A DNA stretch of 64,000 bases from Acidobacteriota bacterium (GTDB taxonomy: Bacteria > Acidobacteriota > Vicinamibacteria > Marinacidobacterales > Marinacidobacteraceae): the NCBI GenBank assembly GCA_022822745.1, contig JAJEAO010000008.1:529-64528 (forward strand), read 5' to 3'. Position 1 is the first letter of the stretch. Each line of letters opens with the position of its first letter. This document shows, in pieces, positions 38,433 to 47,782 of this stretch. Both the position numbers and the translations under genes were made by a program. The notes below the pieces were generated by a model, which worked only from the letters and a program-made list of their open reading frames with translations, made no database searches and had not been told where the DNA came from.

Positions 38433-40394
38433 ATGTTCGAGGGAGCGAAAGAGGCCATGACGAATGGCGCCGAGAGGATCCGCGGGAACGGCGCAGCAAC
38501 GGATGACCTGGCCGTTGACAGCGTGGGCGTGGACGCGCAGGCGGACGGCGCACCCGCCACAGCGTCGCCCGTGGGGTCCGCCGCCTCGACCAGCGAGCAA
38601 CCGTCAGCGACGGACCCGGAATCCGAGTCGCCCCCGCAACAGTCCCGGTCTCGTCGGACGATGCGCCAGGCGCCCACCGAGAAGCAGCGCCGGTACATCA
38701 AGACTCTCGGCGGAGATCCATCCGGTGTCCGGACGAAGCAGGAGGCGAGCGACCTCATCCAGCAGCGGCTCCTGATGCGGGGAAGGGGACCGCTCGACCC
38801 AGCTCGCCTGGAGGCCCGGGGCCGAAGAGCCGGCGAGGAGAGCAACGGCGAGTGGAGATCGGCCCACCGGAGCCTTCTGGCCGGCGTGAGCCTCGAACTC
38901 CAGGAATACCTCAACCTGACAGTGGACAGCCTTCGCAGCAAGCTGAGTGATCCGCTCGGGCCGGCTGGCTCGAGCCAGTTGAGCGGACCCAGCGAGATGG
39001 TCTATCGGGCAGAGGAGGAGCTGAGGCATCTGGAGCTCTGCCGGAAGTACGACCAGCCGCTCGATGAGCCCTCCCCGGACCCGCCGCCACCGAATCCTGA
39101 TCCTCGTCCTTCAACGGAGGAACAGGCGGAGAACGTGTTTCGCAGAGTGATGGACCGTCTCGATCGGGAACGCCCTCTGTCCCCTCGGAAGGACGACCGG
39201 CCTGTCCCGGAGCCGCACCCGGGGGACGATGAGCCGGACGCTCCCTCGTGGCAACGGTGGCTTCCCCTGGCCTCCGTCTTCGTTGGCGGCGTCGTCGTCG
39301 AAGCGGGACTCAACATCATCCTTCTCATGGGGGCGCTCCCCGGCGGAGCGCTGGCGGCCTTCATGCTGGCGGTTCTCATTTCCACCATCAACGTCGGCGG
39401 TTTCGGCATCACGGCGGGACTGTTCTTCCGGTGGATCAGTGAGCAGGTCTCCAACCCGCGACCTCGCTGGTACTGGGCGGCCGGGAGCCTGATCGTGCTC
39501 TTCGCGGTGGGCTTCAACATCGTTGCGGGACGACATCGGGAGGCGTACGCCCGCGTGCTCGCACAGATCGAAGCGAACCCGACGGCGCCGGTGCCTGCGC
39601 CGCGGGAACTCCTCGCCGACATTCCGATCAGTCCCCTCTCCTGGGAGCTCGAGGCGCTGCTCTTCGCCCTGCTCGGAATGTTCCTCTGGGGCTGGGGATT
39701 CTCGAAGGGGTTCACGTTCGCGCCGGAGGACGAGAAGGACTCGGCGGCCGGCTCTTCGGCGCACCAGCGGAGTCCGGCGGCAGCCGGCCCACGGGGACAT
39801 GAAGAGAGCCCGTCGCCGGAGCGCCCTGCGGAGTCCCCGGCCATCCGAAGCGCCTCGGAAGCTGGACGCGGCGTGGAGTCAGCACCCGGCGTCGAGAGTG
39901 GGGGCCCCGCCGAGCCCTTGCCGCGGGAGCGCCGCCTCTTCGCGAAGTACCTGTCGCTTCCGGAACGCTACGCCCACAGGATGACCATGGAGCTGCGCCC
40001 GGAGGTTGCCGACTGGTACAGGGCGCTGGATCAGGAACGCCGTAACGTGACAAAGCTGGTCGAGACTCTGAAGATCGAGCAGAACCGGCGCTCCTGTATC
40101 GATACGCTCGAGCACGCTTTCCTCGTGGCGCACAACAGTGACTCTCCGCAAAAGATTCTCCACGAGACCGTCGAGAAGCATCGCATGGAGAACAACCCTG
40201 ATCCTCTCGCGGTTACTGTGCCGGACTCGAAGGTTATCGAGGACGCCCGCAGGCTTGTCGTGGAGTGGAGAGACACCGGCCAGGCCCGGTTCGACGAGCA
40301 GATTGCGGTGTCGCGGGAGAGAATCGCGGAGATCTGGGACAACTATCGGTCCGTTGTTCTTGGTGTCCCTGGGCCCTTCGCGACGCACGACTAG
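38433..40394 (+). CDS. Hypothetical multi-TM protein with helical C-terminus
   Basis: ATG 38433 after GGAGG; PTEKQRRYIKTLG..TKQEASDLI motif; about 4 TM segments (VEAGLN..GG.LAAF..INVG). Confidence 0.8.
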   Translation: MFEGAKEAMTNGAERIRGNGAATDDLAVDSVGVDAQADGAPATASPVGSAASTSEQPSATDPESESPPQQSRSRRTMRQAPTEKQRRYIKTLGGDPSGVRTKQEASDLIQQRLLMRGRGPLDPARLEARGRRAGEESNGEWRSAHRSLLAGVSLELQEYLNLTVDSLRSKLSDPLGPAGSSQLSGPSEMVYRAEEELRHLELCRKYDQPLDEPSPDPPPPNPDPRPSTEEQAENVFRRVMDRLDRERPLSPRKDDRPVPEPHPGDDEPDAPSWQRWLPLASVFVGGVVVEAGLNIILLMGALPGGALAAFMLAVLISTINVGGFGITAGLFFRWISEQVSNPRPRWYWAAGSLIVLFAVGFNIVAGRHREAYARVLAQIEANPTAPVPAPRELLADIPISPLSWELEALLFALLGMFLWGWGFSKGFTFAPEDEKDSAAGSSAHQRSPAAAGPRGHEESPSPERPAESPAIRSASEAGRGVESAPGVESGGPAEPLPRERRLFAKYLSLPERYAHRMTMELRPEVADWYRALDQERRNVTKLVETLKIEQNRRSCIDTLEHAFLVAHNSDSPQKILHETVEKHRMENNPDPLAVTVPDSKVIEDARRLVVEWRDTGQARFDEQIAVSRERIAEIWDNYRSVVLGVPGPFATHD

Positions 40395-40420
40395 GCGCTG
40401 CGCGCAGCACGTTCCGAGTC

Positions 40421-41206
40421 ATGGCAGTACCTGTGAGCCGCGCCAAGTCACCTTGGTACTATGGCGCGATCATTCTGGCCGGCATTGTGGTCATTCTCGT
40501 CTTGGGGGTCTTGGCCTCTTACTCGGACAAGTTGAAAGTGCACCCGCCCGACTACTGTCCGACCGGCACTTGGGCCCAAGCCTGGAGGAACGTCAGAGTG
40601 CCGGGCGAGACTGCGATCCTGATTGACACGTCCAACGCGATCTCGGCGCAGGATGCGGGAGCGGCGTTCACGGGAATCGATTCATGGGCGAGAGGCTCAG
40701 CCCCCTGGCTTCAGCGGCTCTCGATCCATGCGCTGCCAGAGTCTGCCAGTGACCTGGACCCGCGGGGTTACGGATCGTGGTGCGTCCCGAAGGAGGGCGA
40801 GGACGCCAACTTGATCTACGAGAACGCTGTCTACGTCGAGGCGCAGTTTCGCCAGTTCCTGGCGAAGCTCCGCGACATTTTCCGGGAGCTCGTCAGCCGC
40901 CAGGAAGCGGATGAGTCACCGATCGTGGAGACCATGGCGCACCTCGTACAGCGAAACGAGGATCTCGACTCCATCGTGCTCGTCTCCGACATGCTGCAGA
41001 ACACCGAGGCGTGGAGTCACTACGCGAAGGACCGGGATGTGACGAGCCTTCCGGCCGCCTGTCGCGAGATCACGGATCCGGGACGGCTCCAGACGGTCTT
41101 CGTTTACTACATCGACCGAGGTCTGCCGGAGATCCAGGCGCCGGAGTGGCCGGATGAGTGGTGGCGCCGGTGTCTCAGCGGAGTGACGACGGAGACGCTG
41201 AACTGA
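40421..41206 (+). CDS. Membrane-anchored vWA-like protein
   Basis: N-terminal TM; ILIDTSN, ESPIVE and IVLVSDMLQN; several Cys. Confidence 0.75.
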   Translation: MAVPVSRAKSPWYYGAIILAGIVVILVLGVLASYSDKLKVHPPDYCPTGTWAQAWRNVRVPGETAILIDTSNAISAQDAGAAFTGIDSWARGSAPWLQRLSIHALPESASDLDPRGYGSWCVPKEGEDANLIYENAVYVEAQFRQFLAKLRDIFRELVSRQEADESPIVETMAHLVQRNEDLDSIVLVSDMLQNTEAWSHYAKDRDVTSLPAACREITDPGRLQTVFVYYIDRGLPEIQAPEWPDEWWRRCLSGVTTETLN

Positions 41207-41290
41207 ATCCCGACCGGATACCCGCAGCGCGGCGAGTGCGACGGTTCGAGGAGACAGGCGAGCGGCTTCGATCGAGCGCGCCGCGGTGAG

Positions 41291-42439
41291 TCAGAGGTCG
41301 TCGAGCAGGCGGCCGATCGCGACCGCGCGAACGCCAGGAGCGAGCGGGAAGGTGTCCGCGCCGGCGTGGATCACGTCGAGGCGATTGAGCTGGAGCGTCT
41401 CCATCGCGGACCGCATGGACCGGGTCAGCCGAGGCGCCGATGTCCGCTTGACTTCAAAGCCGCGCAGCCGCCCGCCTCGCTGAACCAGGAGATCCACTTC
41501 GGCCCCGGTGTGCGCCCGCCAGAAGAACGCGGACGAGGGCGGAACGCCCAGCGCCGCCAGCACGCACTCGATCACGAAGCCTTCCCACGAAGCCCCGACC
41601 TTGGGATGGCGATGGAGCTCCCGAAGAGTGGACACGTCGAGGAGGGTGTGGAGGAGCCCGGAGTCGCGGATGGTTATCCGGGGGGATTTCACCTGCCGTT
41701 TCCCGATGTTGACCCTCCAGGGCTTCAGGCTGCGCACCATGAACACGGATTCGAGCGCCTCCAGATACTGCCGCACCCGGTAGGCCGAGATCCCGAAGGC
41801 CCGGGCGAGTTCCGCCCCGTTCCAAGTCTGCGCGTGGTAGTGAGCCAGCATGGCCCAGAACCGCTCCATGGTCGCAGGAGGGACGGCGATCCCCAGCTCG
41901 GCGAGATCCCGGGCGAGGAACGTCCGCACGAAATCGCTCCGCCAGCGCGCGCTCGCCGCGGCGTCCGGCGCGGTGAACGCCTCCGGGAAACCGCCCCGCA
42001 GCCAGAGATCCTCGTGGGCCTCCGGGCCGACTTCCGACAGATCGAAGCCACGCAGTTCGTGGAACGCGAGCCGTCCCGCCAGGGTCTCGGACCCCTGCCG
42101 GAGCAGCTCGGGAGAGGCGCTTCCGAGGAGGAGGAACCGGGCCGGCCGCTCCGGACGGTCGGCGAGGACCCGCAGCGCCGGAAACAGCCCGGGCCGCTGC
42201 TGGATCTCGTCCAGCACCACGAGTCCGCGGAGCGCCTCGAGAGCCAGGAACGGGTCGGCGAGACGCGCCACGTCGCGGGCGTCCTCGAGATCGAAGGTGT
42301 GCGACTCGCCCGGCCAGGAGGCCGCGATCTGCCGGGCGAGAGTGGTCTTGCCGACCTGACGGGGGCCGAGCAGGAGGACCGCGCGGCTCTCCCGCAGTCG
42401 AGTGGTGACGGCCTCGAAGTGGGCGGCGCGGGGGATCAC
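41291..42439 (-). CDS. AAA_14 + DUF4143 ATP-binding protein
   Basis: GPRQVGKTT, DEIQ, SETLAGR, GGFPE, RDSGLLH, SWEG and EVD..FEVK. Confidence 0.92.
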   Translation of the reverse strand: MIPRAAHFEAVTTRLRESRAVLLLGPRQVGKTTLARQIAASWPGESHTFDLEDARDVARLADPFLALEALRGLVVLDEIQQRPGLFPALRVLADRPERPARFLLLGSASPELLRQGSETLAGRLAFHELRGFDLSEVGPEAHEDLWLRGGFPEAFTAPDAAASARWRSDFVRTFLARDLAELGIAVPPATMERFWAMLAHYHAQTWNGAELARAFGISAYRVRQYLEALESVFMVRSLKPWRVNIGKRQVKSPRITIRDSGLLHTLLDVSTLRELHRHPKVGASWEGFVIECVLAALGVPPSSAFFWRAHTGAEVDLLVQRGGRLRGFEVKRTSAPRLTRSMRSAMETLQLNRLDVIHAGADTFPLAPGVRAVAIGRLLDDL

Positions 42440-42559
42440 GGGTCGGCTTCAGACCGGAATATAGCGAACCGATTTGCGATTTTCCTGGTTTTTCGTCCCG
42501 TCGGGGCCACCGGACCGACCACCAACGCCTCGGCGCTCCTTCGCAAGTAACCTTGCGCC

Positions 42560-43174
42560 ATGGAGCGGATCGGGGCAGGGCGTCCCAATCCGGCAGGGCT
42601 GACCGTCGCGGCGTTCGCGCTCGTCGCCGTCGCGGCTGCCGCTCCCGTCGCGGCGCAGGATCCCGCGGTGGCCGTGACGGTCCGGTTGCCCGACCCCGAC
42701 CGCGCGCTGGTCGAGGTCCGTTTCGCGCCCGGCCATCCGTTCCGCGATGCGGTCGAGTTGCGCCGGCTGGTCGCGGGGGGCGAACGCGGCTTCCGGGTCC
42801 AGACCACTGGCGGCGCCGCCGGGTGGGAGGGCGAGGTTCCGGTCGCCGCGGATGGCTGGGCGCGGATCGGGGTGCCCCTGCCGACGACGCCTCCTCCGCC
42901 CGGAACCGATCTCTCGTTCCGGGCCCTGATCCAGCCGCCGCCCGGGTATCGGATCACGGACCCGTTCCCTTCGCGGGTCGAAGCGCAGCCCGACGGATCT
43001 CTTCGGCTCGCCCTCCCCGCGCCGCCCTCGCTGCTCCGCTTCCGCCTCGCGCCCGAAGGATCGCGCGCGATCACCACCGCCGATCTGGTGGATCTCCTGA
43101 TCGGCCTGCTCCTCGGCGCGCTCGCGGCTTTCGGACTGTCCCGGCTGCGGCGCCCAGTGACGGAGACGACATGA
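42560..43174 (+). CDS. Hypothetical exported protein with C-terminal TM anchor
   Basis: Signal peptide (..PVAA-QD) and hydrophobic C-terminus followed by RLRR. Confidence 0.65.
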   Translation: MERIGAGRPNPAGLTVAAFALVAVAAAAPVAAQDPAVAVTVRLPDPDRALVEVRFAPGHPFRDAVELRRLVAGGERGFRVQTTGGAAGWEGEVPVAADGWARIGVPLPTTPPPPGTDLSFRALIQPPPGYRITDPFPSRVEAQPDGSLRLALPAPPSLLRFRLAPEGSRAITTADLVDLLIGLLLGALAAFGLSRLRRPVTETT

Positions 43175-43190
43175 CGAAGACGGCATCCTG

Positions 43191-43328
43191 ATGCGCCGGT
43201 TCTCGTTCTGGGGCCTCTTCGCCGTCTTCGCCGCGATCCTGCTCGCCTACTGGCTCTGGATGCGCCGCATGGACCGCCGCGACCGGGAAGAGGGCGACGG
43301 GACCGGCGGAAGGGACGGAGATGGCTGA
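43191..43328 (+). CDS. Small single-TM protein (45 aa, below the ORF-track cutoff)
   Basis: Manual translation MRRFSFWGLFAVFAAILLAYWLWMRRMDRRDREEGDGTGGRDGDG. Confidence 0.6.
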   Translation: MRRFSFWGLFAVFAAILLAYWLWMRRMDRRDREEGDGTGGRDGDG

Positions 43329-43376
43329 CTCCGCGTGCCCCGAGACAATGGAGACACCGGGCTTCCGGGCCGACCG

Positions 43377-44468
43377 ATGAACCACAGCGCGAACGAAATC
43401 CGACGTCAGCTCCGTCTGGGCGAGGACAGCCAGTGGGAGTTCAAGCAGGTCGCCTTCTCCGGCAAGCGCCTCAAGAGCCCGCGACGCGGGGATCTGGCGG
43501 ATGAGATCGCGGCGTTCGCCAACGCCCGGGGTGGCGTCCTGCTGCTCGGCGTGACGGACCCGGGAGAGATCCAGGGCCTCACGCGTCGCGAGCTCGTCGC
43601 GCTGGATGCGATCGTCACCGAACTCAGCTCGGACACGATCAAGCCCGCCGTTCGGATCCACACATTCCACGAGGAGCTGGACGGCAAGGCGCTCCTCGTC
43701 GCGGAAATCCCCCAGGGCGAGTGGCAGCACGACAGCCCCGGCGGGAGCTTCGTCCGGGTCGGCGGGTCGAAGCGACGGATGACCAGCGACGAGCGCCTCC
43801 GTCTGGCGCAGCGGCTCGGTCAGGCGAGGTTCCCGTCGTTCGACGAGCGCGTGGTTCCGGAGACCGGGTTCCGGACGCTCGAGGAGTCGCTGTGGAAGCC
43901 GCTCCTGAGCGCCGAGGGCGCGGCGGCGCCGCAGGTGTCGCTGGCGAAGCTCGCCCTCCTCGCCAGCGACGCGTCCGGGGTTCAGCGGGCCACGGTCGCG
44001 GGCGTTCTGCTCTGTGCGCGCGCTCCGGAGCGATGGCTCCCCGGCGCCCGGATCACGGCCACGCAGTACCACGGCAGGGACCGCGCCTCCGGCCAGGCCG
44101 ACGCGCAGGAGATCACCGGTCCCCTCGACCAGCAGATCGCGAGCGCCATGGCATTCGTCACCAGGAACATGCGGGTCGCGGCCCGGAAGGATCCGGCCCG
44201 GGTGGATCTGCCGCAATACAGCCGGAGAGCGCTGTTCGAGGCCGTCGTCAACGCGGTGGCGCATCGCGACTATTCGATGCATCGGAGCGCGATCCGCCAG
44301 GGCCTGCCTCAGCCGGTCCAGTTCGTTCCCGGGGAAGAGCTGCGGCTGACCGACGCCGAGGGCGCGGAGCGGGCGATGCGCATCGTGGCGATCGTCGGCC
44401 GTTCCTCGCTCGTCGAGTACCGGCGGGTGGGCGCCGAGCGGGAACCGAGCCCGGAGAACGGGGCCTGA
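43377..44468 (+). pseudogene. Schlafen/AlbA_2 + RecG-C/HATPase-type protein, C-terminally truncated
   Basis: GEDSQWEFK, IAAFANARGG.LLLGV.D and EAVVNAVAHRDYS. The expected F.DRLEI.SPG continuation is missing after ~44297. Confidence 0.7.
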
Positions 44469-44586
44469 GTCGTGGCCGAACCCGCCGGGGCCTCGTCCTC
44501 CCCGTGGACGGGGTGAGGAAGGGGCGGTCGCTCTGACCTTCGTCGTCTTCGGCGTCTATCTCGCCGCGATCTTCACGATCGGCGCG

Positions 44587-45981
44587 GTGGCGCTTCGCCG
44601 CACCCGCACGGTGGACGATTACTGGATCGCGGGGGGCAAGCTGGGCTGGCTGCTCGGCGGCGCCACGATGGCCGCCACCCACGCCAGCGCCGGGACCTAC
44701 ATCGGCACCGTGGGCGTCATCCACGCCGTCGGGTGGGAGTTCACCTGGATCGTGCTGTTCATCCCGTTCAGCTACTGGTTCATGGCGGCGGTCCTCGCCC
44801 CCCGCTTCGCCCGCGTGCGCGAGCTGACCCTCCCGGCCTTCCTCGAACGGCGCTACGGCAGCCCTCGCGCCCGCGCCCTCGGCGCCGTGGTCATCCTGAT
44901 CGCGGCCACGGTGTACATCCAGGCGCAGGTGATCGCCGGCGGAGTCATCGCCGAGACCGTGTTCGGCGTCTCTCCGGTCTGGGGCATGACCGCCTTCACG
45001 CTCATCCTGCTCGCCTACACCGCGGTCGGCGGCATGGTGGCGGTGGCCTACACCGATCTGGTGCAGCTCGTCGTCATGGTGATCGGCGCTCTGGTGGCGG
45101 TCCCGATGGCGTTCCGGCTCCTCGACGGGCCCGGGCCGCTGTTCGCCGCCGTGGAATCGCTCCGGCCGGAGACGTTCGACTTCGGTTCGCTCCCGGCCAT
45201 CCTCATGGTCACGATGGGGTTCTCGTTCCTCCTCGGGGGCATCGCCACGCCGGAGAAGCTGACCCGTCTCTACGCGATGCGCGACCAGCGCACGATGCGG
45301 CGCGGCCTGTTCCTCGCCATCGCGCTCGCGACCGGCGTCAATCTGCTCGTCTTCCTCGTCGCGCTCGCCGCGATCGGGCTGTTTCCGCTGCTGCCGACCG
45401 GAGACCTCGCCATGCCGCTCATGGCTTCCTACGCCCTGCCGCCGGTGCTCGGGACGGTTCTCCTCGCCGCGATCGTGTCGGCGATCATGTCCACGGTGGA
45501 CTCGCTTCTCCTGGTGGCCGGGTCCGCTCTCTCGCACGATCTGCTCGGCGTGGCGCGCCCCGAGGCGTCTCCCCGCGCAAGAATGCTGGCCGCCCGGCTC
45601 GGCATCCTCGTCGTGGGCATCGCGCCGCTCGTCCTGATCCTGAGCGGCGTGGGCGAAGGAGAGCTGGTCCAGTTCATCGTGCTCCTGTTCACCGCGATCA
45701 TGGCCAGCGCCTTCTTCGTCCCGGTCGTCCTCGGCGTCACCTGGCGCCGCCTGACGCGGCAGGGCGCGCTCGCCTCGATGGTCGGAGGCGTGGTCACGGT
45801 GTTCGCGTGGCAGGCGGAGATCTTCCCGTGGCCGGGCTGGAACCCCGACTTCATCCATCCGGCCGCGCCGGGCGTGCTCGTGTCCTTCTTCCTCGGCGTC
45901 ACGGTGAGCCTGTTCACGCCGCCACCGCCGGAGGATGCGCTTCGTCCCTATTTCGGAGCCGGGACGGGAGGCAACGCATGA
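44587..45981 (+). CDS. Sodium:solute symporter family protein (start uncertain; first TM is encoded upstream in frame)
   Basis: DYWIAG, SAGTYIG, GGMVAVAYTD and SAIMSTVDS. The in-frame upstream AVALTFVVFGVYL has no canonical start. Confidence 0.9.
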   Translation: MALRRTRTVDDYWIAGGKLGWLLGGATMAATHASAGTYIGTVGVIHAVGWEFTWIVLFIPFSYWFMAAVLAPRFARVRELTLPAFLERRYGSPRARALGAVVILIAATVYIQAQVIAGGVIAETVFGVSPVWGMTAFTLILLAYTAVGGMVAVAYTDLVQLVVMVIGALVAVPMAFRLLDGPGPLFAAVESLRPETFDFGSLPAILMVTMGFSFLLGGIATPEKLTRLYAMRDQRTMRRGLFLAIALATGVNLLVFLVALAAIGLFPLLPTGDLAMPLMASYALPPVLGTVLLAAIVSAIMSTVDSLLLVAGSALSHDLLGVARPEASPRARMLAARLGILVVGIAPLVLILSGVGEGELVQFIVLLFTAIMASAFFVPVVLGVTWRRLTRQGALASMVGGVVTVFAWQAEIFPWPGWNPDFIHPAAPGVLVSFFLGVTVSLFTPPPPEDALRPYFGAGTGGNA

Positions 45982-46826
45982 GACTTCAGGGAAGCCGGAT
46001 CCTCGTCACCGGGGGCGCCCGCGGGATGGGGCTGGAGATCGCCCGGCTCGCGGCCTCGAAGGGCGCCGACACCGCGATCTGGGATGTGGACGAGCGCCGC
46101 CTGCCCGAAGTCCTGACGACCGTGCGCGACGCGATGCGGGGGCCCGAGCAGCGTGTCGCCACGGCCGTCGTGGATGTCTCGGACCGCGCCGCGGTGATGG
46201 CCGCCGCCCGGGAGCTCGAAGCCGACTTCGGCCCGGTGGACCTCCTCGTGAACAACGCCGGGGTCGTCTCCGGCAAGCCGCTCCTCGATCTCGCCCCCGA
46301 GGCCATCGAACGGACCTTCCGGGTGAACGCGCTCGCGCTGTTCTGGACCACCCAGGCGTTCCTGCCGGGCATGATCCAGCGCGGCCGCGGCCATCTCGTC
46401 ACCCTCGCCTCCGCCGCCGGCCTCCTCGGAGCCCCGGGGATGAGCGACTACTCGGCGTCCAAGTACGCGGCGGTCGGCTACCACGAAGCGCTCCGCGCCG
46501 AGCTGCGCCGCCGCGCCCCCGGGATCGGAACGACTCTCGTCTGCCCCTACTTCGTGGACACCGGGATGTTCGCCGGCGTGCGCACGCGCTTCCCGTTCCT
46601 GCTCCCCATCCTCCGCCCGGAAGCGGTCGCGGCCGCGGTCGCCCGCGGCGTGGAGCAGGACCGGAGAGTCGTCATCCTTCCGTGGTTCGTCCACTCGCTG
46701 AAGCTGATCCGGCTGCTCCCGGCGGCGTGGCTGGACCCGATCGCCGCCTTCTTCGGCATCCACTCCGCCATGGACAGCTTCACCGGCCGCCCCACCCCGC
46801 CTCCCCCGCGAGGTGACCGCTCGTGA
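45978..46826 (+). CDS. SDR-family oxidoreductase
   Basis: TGGARGMG, NNAG and YSASK. Confidence 0.92.
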   Translation: MRLQGSRILVTGGARGMGLEIARLAASKGADTAIWDVDERRLPEVLTTVRDAMRGPEQRVATAVVDVSDRAAVMAAARELEADFGPVDLLVNNAGVVSGKPLLDLAPEAIERTFRVNALALFWTTQAFLPGMIQRGRGHLVTLASAAGLLGAPGMSDYSASKYAAVGYHEALRAELRRRAPGIGTTLVCPYFVDTGMFAGVRTRFPFLLPILRPEAVAAAVARGVEQDRRVVILPWFVHSLKLIRLLPAAWLDPIAAFFGIHSAMDSFTGRPTPPPPRGDRS

Positions 46827-47290
46827 CACCGGAACTCGCACCGCAACCCGCGAGTCCCCCGGACCCGCTTGCCATCCTCGCCCAGTCGAGCGCACTCCTG
46901 GCGCTCGAGGACGGCTGGCTCGACGGCGCCGGATCGGCGCCGGATGGACCGGGGATTCTCTGGCTGGCGCAGGCGCTCGAATCGGGACTCCCGGAGGGTC
47001 TCCCCCGGCCTCACCTCTACCCGACGGAGTCGGGTGGCGTCACAGCGGAGTGGACCTGCGGGAACGTCGAGGCGTCGCTGGAGATCGATCTGGCCGCTCG
47101 CGCCGGTATCTGGGCTGCCGATGACCTGGAACGGGGTGTTTCCGAGGAACGAAGACTCGATCTGACGGCGCCCCGAAGCTGGGAATGGCTCAGCGCCCGG
47201 CTCCGGTCCGCGGCGGAGTTGTCGGCGGCTCCGGGGCGCGGACCGCGGTCAGCGAAGCCGGATCCACGGAGCGGGCGTCGCTCCGGGTGA
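46823..47290 (+). CDS. Hypothetical protein
   Basis: GTGA overlap with SDR; LEDGWLDG.G..P..P.LYPTESGGVTAEW pattern. Confidence 0.65.
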   Translation: MTPELAPQPASPPDPLAILAQSSALLALEDGWLDGAGSAPDGPGILWLAQALESGLPEGLPRPHLYPTESGGVTAEWTCGNVEASLEIDLAARAGIWAADDLERGVSEERRLDLTAPRSWEWLSARLRSAAELSAAPGRGPRSAKPDPRSGRRSG

Positions 47291-47780
47291 CCGGCACGAC
47301 GAGGGCGTCCACCATCGCGCACAGCCGGTCGGTGCACGCCTGCGCATCCACCTGGACCGAGCCGCCGGGTTCGGCGCGCACCAGCTTCGCAGCGAAGAAG
47401 GAGCGATCCTCGAAGCCCCACGTGTACCAGAGGAGATCCGGCTGGGAGAGTTCCGTCGGGGCTGTCTGCAGCCAGGGCGCGGCGGTCTCGATCTCCGGCG
47501 AAGGCGTGATGACGGTCGGCAGCTCGGTATCGGGTCGCTCCTTCCCGGTGACTTCCGAGGCGCGGAGCACGTTGTCCATGGCGTAGGTGTGCCAGCCGGG
47601 CTCGTGGGACACCTCGACCACGAGCCAGTCCTCCTCGACGCGCGCCTCGTAGGTCACGGCGAGCTCGTCGCCCAGCCAGACCTCCTGGCGCGCCGACGAA
47701 TCGCCGTCCTGCCCGGAGGCGGCGGCAGGGAAGAGAAGAGCAGGGAACAGAAGAAAGGCTGCGAGGGCGATTCGATGCAT
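47190..47780 (-). CDS. Exported protein, DsbD N-terminal-like
   Basis: Signal peptide; PGWHTYA and QACTDRLC. Confidence 0.7.
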   Translation of the reverse strand: MHRIALAAFLLFPALLFPAAASGQDGDSSARQEVWLGDELAVTYEARVEEDWLVVEVSHEPGWHTYAMDNVLRASEVTGKERPDTELPTVITPSPEIETAAPWLQTAPTELSQPDLLWYTWGFEDRSFFAAKLVRAEPGGSVQVDAQACTDRLCAMVDALVVPVTRSDARSVDPASLTAVRAPEPPTTPPRTGAGR

Positions 47781-47782
47781 GG

